A DNA stretch of 64,000 bases, filler included, from an uncultured bacterium (GCA_964637655.1; 21 parts of 21 records of this genome joined end to end with filler, not necessarily neighbours in it); one strand, 5' to 3'; counted from the first letter of the whole stretch, positions 1-9,809 are shown. Translations and numbers: made by a program. The notes: a model not told the origin generated them from the letters alone.

Positions 1-165
1 CAGCGCACATAACGGGCGATTGTAACGCATCGCGGCTGACCTGTCAACGCGCGCCGGCCCGGCAGGCCATGCAACATATTGACAACGCGGGTGGCGTATT
101 ATATACCTCACCCACAAACCGCGCCGCCCGGCAGAGGCGGCGTGCGAGCCGAAAGGAGACCAAAC

Positions 166-1386
166 GTGGATCTCGGCAAGGCAGTGCTGCAGCGGGCGAA
201 GAAGTACGAGAAGGAGATGGTGAAGTTCATGCGCGACATGATCGCCATCCCGGGCGAGTCGTGTCAGGAGCGTGCGATTGTCCAGCGCATCAAACAGGAA
301 ATGCTCAAGGTCGGGTTCGACCAGGTGAAGATCGACCCGATGGGGAATATTCTCGGGCGCATCGGCAAAGGCAAGAAGGTCATCGCCATGGACGCCCACA
401 TCGACACCGTGGGGATCGGCAGCCGCGCGGAGTGGAAGTGGGACCCGCACAAGGGGAAGATGGAGAAGGGGATCATTTACGGGCGCGGCGCGACGGACCA
501 GCGTGCGGGGATGTGCTCGATGGTCTACGCGGGGAAAATCATCAAGGACCTCAAGCTGCAGGCGGACTACACCCTGTGGGTGGTGGGGAGCGTGCAGGAA
601 GAGGATTGCGACGGGCTCTGCTGGCAGTACATCATCAAGGAGGACAAGCTCAAGCCGGATTGCGTGGTCATCACCGAGCCGACCAACCTCAACATCTACC
701 GCGGGCACCGCGGGCGCATGGAAATCGGCGTGACGACGTACGGCATCTCCTGTCACGGCTCGGCCCCGGAACGCGGGCGCAACCCGGTCTACATGATGTC
801 GCGCATCGCGCTGGAAATCGAGAAACTCAACAACCGCCTGAAAAAGGACAAATTCCTCGGCAAGGGCTCGGTCACCATTTCCTATATCGACTGCAAGACC
901 CCGTCACTCTGCGCGGTGCCGAGCGAATCGTACATCCACCTCGACCGGCGCCTGACCAAGGGCGAGACGATGGAGAGCTCGGTGCGCGAAGTCGAGCAGG
1001 CGATCCGCAAGGCGGGGATCCCGAAGGGGCAGTTCAAGGTCGAGGTGCTGACCTACGACACCCCGAGTTACACCGGCCTGAAGTACCCGACGAAGAAGTA
1101 CTTCCCGACCTGGGTACTCGAAGAGAAGCACCCGCTGTGCAAGGCGGCCGTGGGCGCCTACCGCGATGCGTTCAACGCGGCGCCGAAGGTGGACAAGTGG
1201 ACGTTCTCGACCAACGGCATCGCGACGATGGGGATGCACAAGGTGCCGACGGTCGGTTTCGGCCCGGCCAACGAAATCTACGCGCACTCGATCAACGACC
1301 AGGTCCCGGTGGAGCACCTGGTGAAGGCCGCGGCGTTTTACGCCGCGTTCCCGCTGCACTATCTTGCCCATGCGGGCCGGAAATAA
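166..1386 (+). CDS. ygeY: YgeY-family M20 metallohydrolase (selenium/purine catabolism-linked)
   Basis: M20 motifs DAHIDTV, GRGATDQ, VQEEDCDGLCW, RGHRGRME. AAGGAG RBS before GTG at 166. Adjacent to ygeW. Confidence 0.85.
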   Translation: MDLGKAVLQRAKKYEKEMVKFMRDMIAIPGESCQERAIVQRIKQEMLKVGFDQVKIDPMGNILGRIGKGKKVIAMDAHIDTVGIGSRAEWKWDPHKGKMEKGIIYGRGATDQRAGMCSMVYAGKIIKDLKLQADYTLWVVGSVQEEDCDGLCWQYIIKEDKLKPDCVVITEPTNLNIYRGHRGRMEIGVTTYGISCHGSAPERGRNPVYMMSRIALEIEKLNNRLKKDKFLGKGSVTISYIDCKTPSLCAVPSESYIHLDRRLTKGETMESSVREVEQAIRKAGIPKGQFKVEVLTYDTPSYTGLKYPTKKYFPTWVLEEKHPLCKAAVGAYRDAFNAAPKVDKWTFSTNGIATMGMHKVPTVGFGPANEIYAHSINDQVPVEHLVKAAAFYAAFPLHYLAHAGRK

Positions 1387-1401
1387 CAAGGAGACGCGAC
1401 C

Positions 1402-2569
1402 GTGAGCACGATTTTCACCACACTGGCGGAACTGGAAAAACTGGAGAGCCGGCTGTACGGGACCGACTTCCTGCTGACGTCGGAGAAGACCGGCGCGGAA
1501 CTGGCGACGGTCATCGGGCTGGCCGAAGTGCTGAAGCAGATGCATCAGGAGAACATCAGCAGCCGCGTCTTCGACAGCGGGCTGGGGATCGCCATCTTCC
1601 GCGACCAGTCGACGCGCACGCGCTTCTCGTACGCTTCGGCGACCAACCTGCTCGGGCTGACCATGCAGGAGTTCGACGAGGGGAAGTCGCAGGTGGCGCA
1701 TGGCGAGACGGTGCGCGAGACGGCAAACATGATCTCGTTCCTCAGCGAGAGCATCGGCATCCGCGACGACATGTTCATCGGCAAGGGGAACACCTACATG
1801 CGCGAAGTGGGCGCGGCGCTGGATGACGGGTTCGCGCACGGCGTGCTGCATCAGCGCCCGGCGATCGTCAACCTGCAGTGCGACATCGACCACCCGACGC
1901 AGGCGATGGCGGACCTCGCCGCGCTGAAGCAGTGGGCGGGGGGCGATCTGGCGAATCTCAAGGGGAAGAAGATCGCCATGACGTGGGCGTATTCCCCGTC
2001 GTACGGCAAGCCGCTGTCGGTGCCGCAGGGGATCATCACCCTGATGTCGCGTTTCGGCATGGACGTGGCGCTGGCCTACCCGAAGGGCTACGACCTGCTG
2101 CCGGAGACGGTGGAGCAGGCGAAGAAATTCGCGAAGCAGTCGGGCGGGAAGTTCAGCGTGAGCAACTCGATGGAGACGGCGTTCGAGAACGCGGACATCG
2201 TCTACCCGAAGTCGTGGGCACCCTTCGCGGCGATGGAGAAGCGCACGCAGCTGGTCGAGAAGCACGACCAGGACGGGATCAAGGCGCTGGAGAAGGAACT
2301 GCTCGCCAATACCGCGAAGTTCAAGTCGTGGGAATGCGACGAGAAGAAGATGAAGCTGACGAAGAAGGGGGAGGCGCTGTACATGCACTGCCTCCCCGCG
2401 GACATCACCGACGTCTCCTGCAAGGAAGGCGAGGTTGCGGCGAAGGTCTTCGAGAAGTACCGCATCCCGACGTATATCGAGGCGAGCTACAAGCCGTTCG
2501 TCATCGCCGCGATGATCCTCAGTTCGCGCTTCGCCGACCCGGTCGGCACGCTCGACCGGCTCTGCCGCG
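1402..2569 (+). CDS. ygeW: Knotted carbamoyltransferase YgeW, 3' end lost in internal 10-N gap
   Basis: FRDQSTRT, NLQCDIDHPTQ, WAYSPSYGKPLSVPQG and YMHCLPAD motifs. AAGGAG RBS. Confidence 0.9.
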
Positions 2570-2767
2570 NNNNNNNNNNAAACCAGGGCCGCGCTGCGGC
2601 TGGCCTTCGATCCGGGCGCCACGCCCGACCGGCGCTCCCGCGCGCCACCGCGCCGCCGCTACTACGCACGCATGCTCCCGGGCGCGGCCGTCAGCCGGCG
2701 CCCGGGCAGCACCCGCCCCGGTCCGGGGCGGCAGACGGCGGCAGCAGCCGCCGGCGGGGGAGAGGGC

Positions 2768-3155
2768 ATGCGCGTACGCATCTGGGGGAGCCGCGGTTCG
2801 ATCCCGACACCGGGGGCGAACACGGTGGTGTACGGCGGCAACACGCCGTGCATCGAGGTGGCCGGCGACAATTCATTCCTGATCCTCGACGCGGGGACGG
2901 GAATCCGCGAACTGGGGACGGCCATCGTGCGCGAGAAGCGGCCGGGGGCCATTCACATCCTGCTGTCGCATACGCACTGGGATCATATCCAGGGGTTCCC
3001 GTTTTTCACCCCGGCGTTCATCCCGACCAACACGCTGCACCTGTACGGCCCGCGCAACGACGTCACGGACGAGAATCTGCAGAAGATCGTTGACGGGCAG
3101 ATGAAGTACTCGTACTTCCCGGTCAACCTGATGCAACTGAAAGGGAAGATCAGCT
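2768..3155 (+). CDS. MBL-fold metallohydrolase (partial)
   Basis: MRVRIWGSRGSIPTPG...GGNTPC...DAGTG...SHTHWDHIQG (HxHxDH). Truncated at contig end. Confidence 0.85.
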
Positions 3156-3255
3156 NNNNNNNNNNNNNNNNNNNNNNNNNNNNNNNNNNNNNNNNNNNNT
3201 TAATTAATTAANNNNNNNNNNNNNNNNNNNNNNNNNNNNNNNNNNNNNNNNNNNN
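3156..3255. other. Artificial contig linker (N44-TTAATTAATTAA-N44), first of 20 in the window
   Basis: The same 100-bp spacer with six-frame stops recurs every ~3 kb (6409, 9652, 12885, 16096, 19282, 22443, 25594, 28713, 31829, 34918, 37980, 41041, 44099, 47152, 50119, 53082, 56043, 58974, 61890). Confidence 0.99.
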
Positions 3256-3604
3256 GCCGAGCCATGATGTGCAGGCCTTTCGCATGGGTGGCGAGGAATT
3301 CGTCCTGCTCTTTCCCGACACCGGTCTGGCCGGTGCGGTCTGCGCCCTGGACAAGGCGCGGGAGGCGTTCAAGCGGGAAATCTTCAGCACTACCGGCAAG
3401 GGGTCCGTGGCAGTGACCTTTTCCGCCGGGGTGGCGCTGGCCGCCATCGAGGCGACCGCCGCCGAAGCGGTCAACGCCGCCGACCGCTTTCTCTATATCG
3501 CCAAGGAGAGCGGCCGCGACCGGGTGGCCTCAGCCGCTGAAGCGGAACCCGCATGGGCGGTCAGGGCCGGTCATGCCGGCACGAAAGTATTGGTCCATGA
3601 CTGA
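3256..3604 (+). CDS. GGDEF diguanylate cyclase, C-terminal fragment
   Basis: RMGGEEFVLL...VTFSAGVA...ADRFLYIAKESGRDRV. 5' end cut by contig edge. Confidence 0.85.
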
Positions 3605-5273
3605 GCCGGGCGTCTACGCCAGCGCGTACCGGGAACAGCTGCCGGGCAAACTCGAGGCGGTGCGGCTGGCCGCGTTGAACCTGCCGACCGCGCCGCGCGA
3701 GGCAACTGATTCGCTCCGCCGTCTCGCCCATTCGCTGCAGGTCGCGGACGCTGCCGGCGGGTACCCGCAGGTGAGTGTGGCGGCGGCCAGGGTACTGGCG
3801 TCAGGACCGGGCGAACTGCCGGCAGCACTTGCCGCCATGATCGTCGATTTTGACGAGGTGCAGGTGAGCGCCGCGGCGCGGCAGGTGCTGGCTGCCGGCC
3901 CGACTGAACTGCCGGCCGCCGTCACCGCCCTGATCACCGTCCTCGACGAGGTGATCGCCGGGCACGGGGCCAAGCCCGACACCACCATCCTGCTGATCGA
4001 CGACGACGACGAGTTCCGGACGCTGCTGGCGTCGGTGCTGACGTGCGGCGGGCGGCGCATCCTGGAGGCCGGTGATGCGGCCACCGCGCTGGCACTGCTC
4101 GACGAACAGCCGGTGGCGCTGGTGGTGCTCGACCTGATTCTGGGTGATACCGACGGGCGCAACCTGCTGATCAAACTGCGGGAGAACCCGCGCACGGCGG
4201 TGGTCCCGGTTATCGTGGTTTCGGGCAAACTGAACCCGGCGATCAAGGCGGAATGCTACGCGCTCGGCGCCGACGGCTACTTCGAGAAACCGTTTGAACC
4301 GAAAGTGCTGGCGGCAGCGGTAACGACCCGGCTCGAACAGTCGCGCCGCCAGGTCCGCGAAGCGCGCACCGACCTGCTGACCGGTTTGCCCAACCGCGCG
4401 GCATTCATCGAGGCCTTTGCCAGGGCCCACGCCCACACGCGCCGGAGCGGCGCGCCGCTGGCGGTGGCCATTCTCGACCTGGACAACTTCAAGCGGGTCA
4501 ACGACACCTACGGTCATGCCGTCGGTGACGCGGTGCTGCGCCGGCTGGCTGAGGTGCTGCCCGGCACGCTCCGCCAGACGGATCTGCTCGCCCGCTGGGG
4601 GGGCGAGGAATTTGTCCTGCTGTTTCCCGGGGCCGCGCCCGAAGCGGCTGTCGGCATCCTGAACAAGGCGCGGGAAACGTTCAAGCGGGAAACCTTCCGC
4701 ACTGACGACGGGCGCAGTTTTGCCGTCACCTTTTCCGCGGGTGTGGCCATGGCTGCTGCCACCGCCACCGCCGCCGAAACGGTCTGCGCCGCGGATCGCT
4801 TCCTCTATCTCGCCAAGGAGGGCGGGCGTGACCGGGTGGCGGCCGCCGCCGCGCCGGAACTGGTGCTGCGGCACCGGGTGCTGGTGGTCGATGACGATGA
4901 TATTGTCGTCATGCTGATCGAGCAGCAGCTGTCCGGCGAAGGGTTTGCGGTGACCACCTTCAGTAACGGGACGACCGCAGCGGCCGCGCTGACCGCCCTC
5001 CCCTTCTCGCTCGCCATCCTCGACGTCCAGCTGCCGGGCATGGACGGGTTTGACCTGCTGCAGAAACTCCGGCAGCAGCCGGGTCTGGCCGCTGTCCCGG
5101 TGCTGATGCTGACCGGGCGCGGCGACGAGCGGGATATCGCCCGCGGCCTGGCGCTGGGGGCTGACGACTACATGGTCAAGCCCTTCCTGCCGTCTGAACT
5201 GCTGGTCCGCATCCGGCGCCTGCTCAAACGGTGCCCGGTCGCGCCAGGGGGTGGCCCATGCCGGCAGCCCTGA
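3597..5273 (+). CDS. Diguanylate cyclase response regulator (Hpt-like, REC, GGDEF, REC)
   Basis: ILLIDDD/VVLDL/EKPF receiver domain. RxxD I-site (RQTD) and RWGGEEF. Second receiver VLVVDDD/ILDVQLP/VKPF. Confidence 0.9.
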   Translation: MTEPGVYASAYREQLPGKLEAVRLAALNLPTAPREATDSLRRLAHSLQVADAAGGYPQVSVAAARVLASGPGELPAALAAMIVDFDEVQVSAAARQVLAAGPTELPAAVTALITVLDEVIAGHGAKPDTTILLIDDDDEFRTLLASVLTCGGRRILEAGDAATALALLDEQPVALVVLDLILGDTDGRNLLIKLRENPRTAVVPVIVVSGKLNPAIKAECYALGADGYFEKPFEPKVLAAAVTTRLEQSRRQVREARTDLLTGLPNRAAFIEAFARAHAHTRRSGAPLAVAILDLDNFKRVNDTYGHAVGDAVLRRLAEVLPGTLRQTDLLARWGGEEFVLLFPGAAPEAAVGILNKARETFKRETFRTDDGRSFAVTFSAGVAMAAATATAAETVCAADRFLYLAKEGGRDRVAAAAAPELVLRHRVLVVDDDDIVVMLIEQQLSGEGFAVTTFSNGTTAAAALTALPFSLAILDVQLPGMDGFDLLQKLRQQPGLAAVPVLMLTGRGDERDIARGLALGADDYMVKPFLPSELLVRIRRLLKRCPVAPGGGPCRQP

Positions 5274-5623
5274 TCCCCGAACTGCAGATGATCGAAGCGC
5301 TGCGCACGATTGGCGGCAGCAAACTGCTCGGCAAACTGTTCCGCTCGTTTCTGGGCAATGCCCCGGTGCGACTGGCGGCGATGCGGGCGGCACTCACGGC
5401 AGCCGATGCGCCGGCGGCCGGGCTGGTCGCCCACACAGTCAAGTCGAGCGCCGGTCAACTCGGCATGACCGCACTGCAGGCGCTGGCCCAGCAGTTCGAA
5501 CTCGCGGCGGAACTGCCCGGCGCTGATGTCATGGCCCTGACCGGGCTGCTGGGGCGCATGGAAGACACGTTTGGCGACTATCGGCCGTGGGTGGAAAACG
5601 CGCTGGCGGAGCTGGCGGGATGA
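5258..5623 (+). CDS. Stand-alone Hpt domain protein
   Basis: AHTVKSSAGQLG phosphotransfer motif. Confidence 0.85.
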   Translation: MPAALIPELQMIEALRTIGGSKLLGKLFRSFLGNAPVRLAAMRAALTAADAPAAGLVAHTVKSSAGQLGMTALQALAQQFELAAELPGADVMALTGLLGRMEDTFGDYRPWVENALAELAG

Positions 5624-5988
5624 AACGGATTGCGGTCATCGACGACAACGAGGACAACCGGCTGGTCGTCCATGCCCTGCTCGAGGACTACTACACCATC
5701 AGCGAGTATGCGGACGGGCTCGAGGCCATGGCGTCGATGCCGCGCCTGCTGCCTGACCTGGTGTTGCTCGACATCTCGCTGCCCGGTCTGGACGGGCCCG
5801 AAGTGCTGGCCTGGCTGCGTCGCCGCCCCGCACTGGCCGGCATTCCGGTCATTGCCCTGACCGCGCACGCGATGGCGGGCGACCGGGAAAACTATCTGGC
5901 CGCCGGCTTCGATGGCTACGTGAGCAAGCCGATTGTCGACGAGCACGTGCTGCTCGCCGCGATCCGCCACCTGCTGCCCGCCGGTTGA
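5620..5988 (+). CDS. Single-domain response regulator (DivK/CheY-like)
   Basis: IAVIDDNEDN, LVLLDISLP, IALTAHAMAGD, VSKPI. Confidence 0.9.
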   Translation: MKRIAVIDDNEDNRLVVHALLEDYYTISEYADGLEAMASMPRLLPDLVLLDISLPGLDGPEVLAWLRRRPALAGIPVIALTAHAMAGDRENYLAAGFDGYVSKPIVDEHVLLAAIRHLLPAG

Positions 5989-6004
5989 CTGGCAGCCGCA
6001 AAGC

Positions 6005-6408
6005 GCAGCGATAATCCCCCATACTCATTCACGACAGACAGCAGCACGAACGGATGACGCGTGCGCGCTCCGTGTGCTCTGTGTGCTCTGTGGTGAAAGC
6101 CGTGACGCTCTGCATGCCGTGCCGGTACCGCAATGAACGGCAACTGCTTTACCACCACGGAGCCAGCAGAATATTTTCACCGCAGAGCACACAGAGCACA
6201 CAGAGAGAAACATGGAAAACGGAAAAGGACAACTTATCAGCAGGGGTGAAATAATTATGCCGTGGTAGCCGCGGGCTTCAGCCCGCGCAATACTGTTGCT
6301 GGTGAAAGCAGCGACAATCCCCCATACTCATCCACGACAGACAGCAGCACGAACGGATGACGCGTGCGCGCTCCGTGTGCTCTGTGTGCTCTGTGGTGAA
6401 AGCCGTGA
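6005..6408. repeat. Composite palindromic repeat region: 101-bp direct repeat (6005-6105, 6308-6408) and 31-bp inverted pair (6068-6098 / 6175-6205)
   Basis: The direct copies differ at 2 positions. Core CTCCGTGTGCTCTGTGTGCTCTGTGGTGAAA is also related to 25417-25593 and 52934-53081. Confidence 0.9.
6265..6287 (+). repeat. GTAG-type REP-like palindrome
   Basis: GTAG followed by the hairpin CGCGGGCT-TC-AGCCCGCG. Confidence 0.55.
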
Positions 6409-6508
6409 NNNNNNNNNNNNNNNNNNNNNNNNNNNNNNNNNNNNNNNNNNNNTTAATTAATTAANNNNNNNNNNNNNNNNNNNNNNNNNNNNNNNNNNNN
6501 NNNNNNNN

Positions 6509-7447
6509 CGTCGGCACGGCCAGTGCCTGCACCTCGCAGAGCAGCGGGCGCGTGCCCGACATCACCGCCGCCACCGCCGTGCCGGCGATGGGCGCGGGCC
6601 GCTGCGTGACGAAGAGTTCCGACGGGTTGCTCACCTCCGCCAGCCCCTGTTCCGCCATGCGGAAGATGCCGAGCTCGTTGGTGGCCCCGAAACGGTTCTT
6701 GATGGCGCGCACCACGCGGTAGAAGAGCTGCTGATCGCTGTCGAAGTAGAGGACGGTGTCGACCATGTGTTCGAGCAGGCGCGGCCCCGCCAGGGTACCT
6801 TCCTTGGTGACATGCCCGACGATGAAGACCGCCGTGCCGCGCGGCTTGGCCCAGTCGACCAGCTGCGCGGTGCATTCGCGGATCTGGCTGACGGTCCCCG
6901 CCAGCGCGGGCACGTCGGGATGGAACACCGCCTGGATGGAATCGACCACCAGCAGGTCGTACGCGTCCGCGGCGGCGATAATCGCCGCCAGGTCGTTTTC
7001 CGCCACCGCCTGCAGGCCCGGTTCGTCGAGACCGAGACGCCGCGCGCGCAGCGCCAGCTGGCCCGCCGACTCCTCCGCCGTGGCATAGAGCACCCGTTTG
7101 CCCGCGCGCGCCAGCGCCGCCGCGGTCTGCAGCAGCAGCGTCGATTTGCCGATGCCCGGGCTGCCGCCGATCAGCACCAGCGAGCCGGGGACCAGGCCGC
7201 CGCCGAGCACGCGGTCGAGTTCGCCGCTCCCCGTCGCCCAGCGCTGCATGCTGTCGGCCGGAATGCGGTTGAGCGCCTGCACCGCCGCCGCCGGGCGCTC
7301 CGTGGCGCGCGCGCGGTGCGGTGCTGCCGGGGCGGGCGCCTCGACCATCGTGTTGAATTTCCCGCACCCCGGGCACTTGCCGAGCCAGCCGGGGGAGGTG
7401 GCGCCGCACTCGCTGCAGAAGAACGAGGCGCGCGGCTTCTTCGCCAT
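6509..7447 (-). CDS. radA: DNA repair protein RadA/Sms (3' truncated)
   Basis: CSECG...GKCPGC zinc finger, GSPGIGKST, LLEHMVDTVL, KNRFG. Confidence 0.95.
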
Positions 7448-7448
7448 G

Positions 7449-8534
7449 CTACTCGCCACCCGACCCGTATTGCAGCGGTTCGTCACTGCTGCGGTAGAGC
7501 AGCCACGGGCGGTACTTGATGTAGGCGATCATCTCGCGCAGGTCCTTCGAGGCGCCGCGCAGGTTGTTGCCGATGGCCGGGTCGTTGAGCAGCATGCCGA
7601 GCGTTCCCTGGCTGCTGTTCATACGCGTCAGTGTCGTATCGAGTTTCTCCAGCACCGTCCTGAGGTCGCCGCTCGCCTCGCTGACGTTGGTGATGGTCGT
7701 CTGGAGGCCGGCGCGGTTGTTCCGCGACAGGGCCGCCATGTCAGCCGAGAAACTCTGCAGGTCGGTAACCGCGCGGGTCATGCCGGGCCGGTTCTCGTTG
7801 ACGAACTTCTGCAGGTCGGTCATCCCGGTGCGGAAACTCTGCAGCGATTCGCCGAACGCCTGCTCGTTGCCGGCAATCATCTTGTCGAGCGCGGCCGCCG
7901 AGCGGTTGAGCGAGGTCGAAGCCTCGCCGAAATTGCGCAGCGTGACGTTGATGCTCGCCTCGTTCTGCTCGAGGATGCCGTCGACGCGGCGGGTGATGTT
8001 GCTGACGTTGTGCAGGGCGTTGCGGATGTCGTCGCGCGTCCCCGCCTCGCCGAGGATGGCGTTGACCGAGGAGATCGACGCCTGGAACTCGCGCACCAGT
8101 TCCGCCCCGCGCGCGAGGATCTCGTCCTGGCGCACCGGGTCGATGCCGGCGAGCACGTCCCCCTCCTGTACCGGCTGCTCGTCGCCGTCCCCGGTGGTGA
8201 TCTCCAGGTATTTTTCCCCCATCAGCCCGAGCGTGTTGATATAGGCCTTGGAATTGCGGAAGACGCGCGCCGTGTCGTTCACCCAGACCGTCAGGCGCAC
8301 GCGCGTGTTGTTGCCTTCGGTGACAAAGGCGATGTTCTCGACCGAGCCGACCTCGACCCCGGCCACCATCACCGGCGCCCCGGGCAGCAGCCCGTTGGCG
8401 AACGAGAAATCGACAAAAAACGTGTAGCCCGGGGTCAGCAGGTGCCAGTCGCTGACGAGGAAGATCATCGCCGCCAGAAGCACCAGCCCGAGGATGACGG
8501 TCGCCCCGACCCGGAAACGCTGCTGTTCGTCCAT
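7449..8534 (-). CDS. MlaD/MCE-family protein
   Basis: N-terminal TM. GLLPGAPVMVAGVEVGSV...GLMGEKYLEI MCE domain followed by a long helical tail. Confidence 0.9.
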   Translation of the reverse strand: MDEQQRFRVGATVILGLVLLAAMIFLVSDWHLLTPGYTFFVDFSFANGLLPGAPVMVAGVEVGSVENIAFVTEGNNTRVRLTVWVNDTARVFRNSKAYINTLGLMGEKYLEITTGDGDEQPVQEGDVLAGIDPVRQDEILARGAELVREFQASISSVNAILGEAGTRDDIRNALHNVSNITRRVDGILEQNEASINVTLRNFGEASTSLNRSAAALDKMIAGNEQAFGESLQSFRTGMTDLQKFVNENRPGMTRAVTDLQSFSADMAALSRNNRAGLQTTITNVSEASGDLRTVLEKLDTTLTRMNSSQGTLGMLLNDPAIGNNLRGASKDLREMIAYIKYRPWLLYRSSDEPLQYGSGGE

Positions 8535-8540
8535 ACGCGC

Positions 8541-9305
8541 CTATCCTTCGTCGGCGACGGCGGCCAGATCGCCCGCGTCGCCCGTAATGAACCGCCGTAC
8601 CAGTTCCTGCCGCGTCGCGCGCAGTGCGTCCGGGGTGCCTTCCTCGATGATGCGTCCCTCATGCAGCATGGCGATGCGCTGCGCCACCTGGTACGCGCTC
8701 GTCATGTCATGCGTGACCACCACCGAGGTCAGCCCGAACCGCTCCCGCGTGCGGATGATCAGCCGGTTGACAATGTCCGACGTGACAGGATCGAGCCCCG
8801 ACGTCGGTTCATCCCAGAGCAGCACGCGCGGCTCGAGCACCAGCGTGCGCGCGAGCGCCACGCGCTTGCGCATCCCCCCCGAGAGATCGGCGGGGAAGAG
8901 TTCCTCGACCCCGTGCAGGTCGACCAGGGCGAGTTTTTCCCGCACGACCGCGCGCACCTCGGCGGCCGGCCGGTTCAGGTTCTCCCGCAGGTGGAACCCG
9001 ACATTCTCCCAGACCCGCAGCGAATCGAACAGCGCGCCGTTCTGGAACAGCATCGCCACCGGGCGGCAGGCGCTGCGTAACGCCGCCCCGCGCAGCGGCG
9101 CGATATCAGTCCCGGCAACACGCACTTCGCCCGCGTCGGGCTGCAACAGGCCGATCAGGTGCTTGAGGATGACACTCTTGCCGATCCCGCTGCGCCCGAT
9201 GACCGCGAGGGTCTCGCCTTCCGCCACGCGCAGGTTCACCCCGCGCAGCACGGCCTTGCTGCCGAATGCCTTGTGCACCTCGCGCATTTCCAGCATGGGC
9301 GTCAT
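8541..9305 (-). CDS. MlaF/Ttg2A-like ABC transporter ATP-binding protein
   Basis: GRSGIGKS, LSGGMRKRVALAR, DEPTSGLDP, VTHD. Adjacent to the MCE gene. Confidence 0.9.
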   Translation of the reverse strand: MTPMLEMREVHKAFGSKAVLRGVNLRVAEGETLAVIGRSGIGKSVILKHLIGLLQPDAGEVRVAGTDIAPLRGAALRSACRPVAMLFQNGALFDSLRVWENVGFHLRENLNRPAAEVRAVVREKLALVDLHGVEELFPADLSGGMRKRVALARTLVLEPRVLLWDEPTSGLDPVTSDIVNRLIIRTRERFGLTSVVVTHDMTSAYQVAQRIAMLHEGRIIEEGTPDALRATRQELVRRFITGDAGDLAAVADEG

Positions 9306-9503
9306 ACACGTCCCCCGTCGGCAGAAATGGTAGCATACCGCCGCAGTGAATACAACTAAGTTGGATCAGGCGTAGGCGGACGAGTCGTCCTTGTTGGTGG
9401 CAAACTTGGAAGCCGACAGCAAACCGTCGGCCGGAACGGTGCCCGCCATCAGCAGCACCGCGAGCAGCAGCAGCGGCACTATGCCGCAGAGGGCCAGGGA
9501 AAA

Positions 9504-9651
9504 AATGGTGGGCCCTCCGGGACGCACCGTCCGGATGGCCCGGTTCAGGACACGAGCAGCGCCGGCATCCCTGCGGTCTGCCGGCGGCTCAGCCTGAATG
9601 GTGGGCCCTCCGGGACGCACCGTCCGGATGGCCCGGTTCAGGACACGAGCA
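9504..9651 (-). repeat. Two identical 55-bp direct repeats (period 93) ending in a tRNA-like 3' end
   Basis: 9504-9558 equals 9597-9651. The minus strand reads ...GTCCCGGAGGGCCCACCA. The second copy abuts the contig end. Confidence 0.9.
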
Positions 9652-9809
9652 NNNNNNNNNNNNNNNNNNNNNNNNNNNNNNNNNNNNNNNNNNNNTTAAT
9701 TAATTAANNNNNNNNNNNNNNNNNNNNNNNNNNNNNNNNNNNNNNNNNNNNGTCAGTTACTGCGCCACCCTTATACTATAAAGACCCGAACAGCGCAAGT
9801 CAACCACCG

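Noticed and set aside
79-108. TTGACA upstream of ygeY as a promoter
   Set aside because: No good -10 at 16-18 bp spacing (TATTAT is only 12 bp away), so it was not called.
69-1826. Long alternative-frame and antisense ORFs (e.g. 69-1826, 7098-9080, 9960-11945, 26955-28760, 62264-63970)
   Set aside because: Shadow ORFs of high-GC coding DNA: Arg/Pro/Ala-rich, no motifs, overlapping recognisable genes.
2570-3093. Apparent long C-terminal extension of YgeW in the ORF track
   Set aside because: Read-through across a 10-N scaffold gap into an off-frame overlap with the MBL gene.
3156-3255. Regularly recurring TTAATTAATTAA within N runs
   Set aside because: Artificial contig linker. ORFs ending in XXX..LIN are artefacts and cross-linker adjacency has no meaning.
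9366-9620. Minus-strand ORF ending ATNKDDSSAYA, superficially like a tmRNA tag
   Set aside because: No tmRNA termini or ALAA-type ending, and the ORF overlaps the repeats.
9504-9651. 55-bp repeat with 38-bp spacer as CRISPR, SRP RNA or an intact tRNA
   Set aside because: Too long for a typical CRISPR repeat and only two copies. Lacks the SRP CAGG/GGAA/AGCAG core and has no TTC T-loop or cloverleaf.
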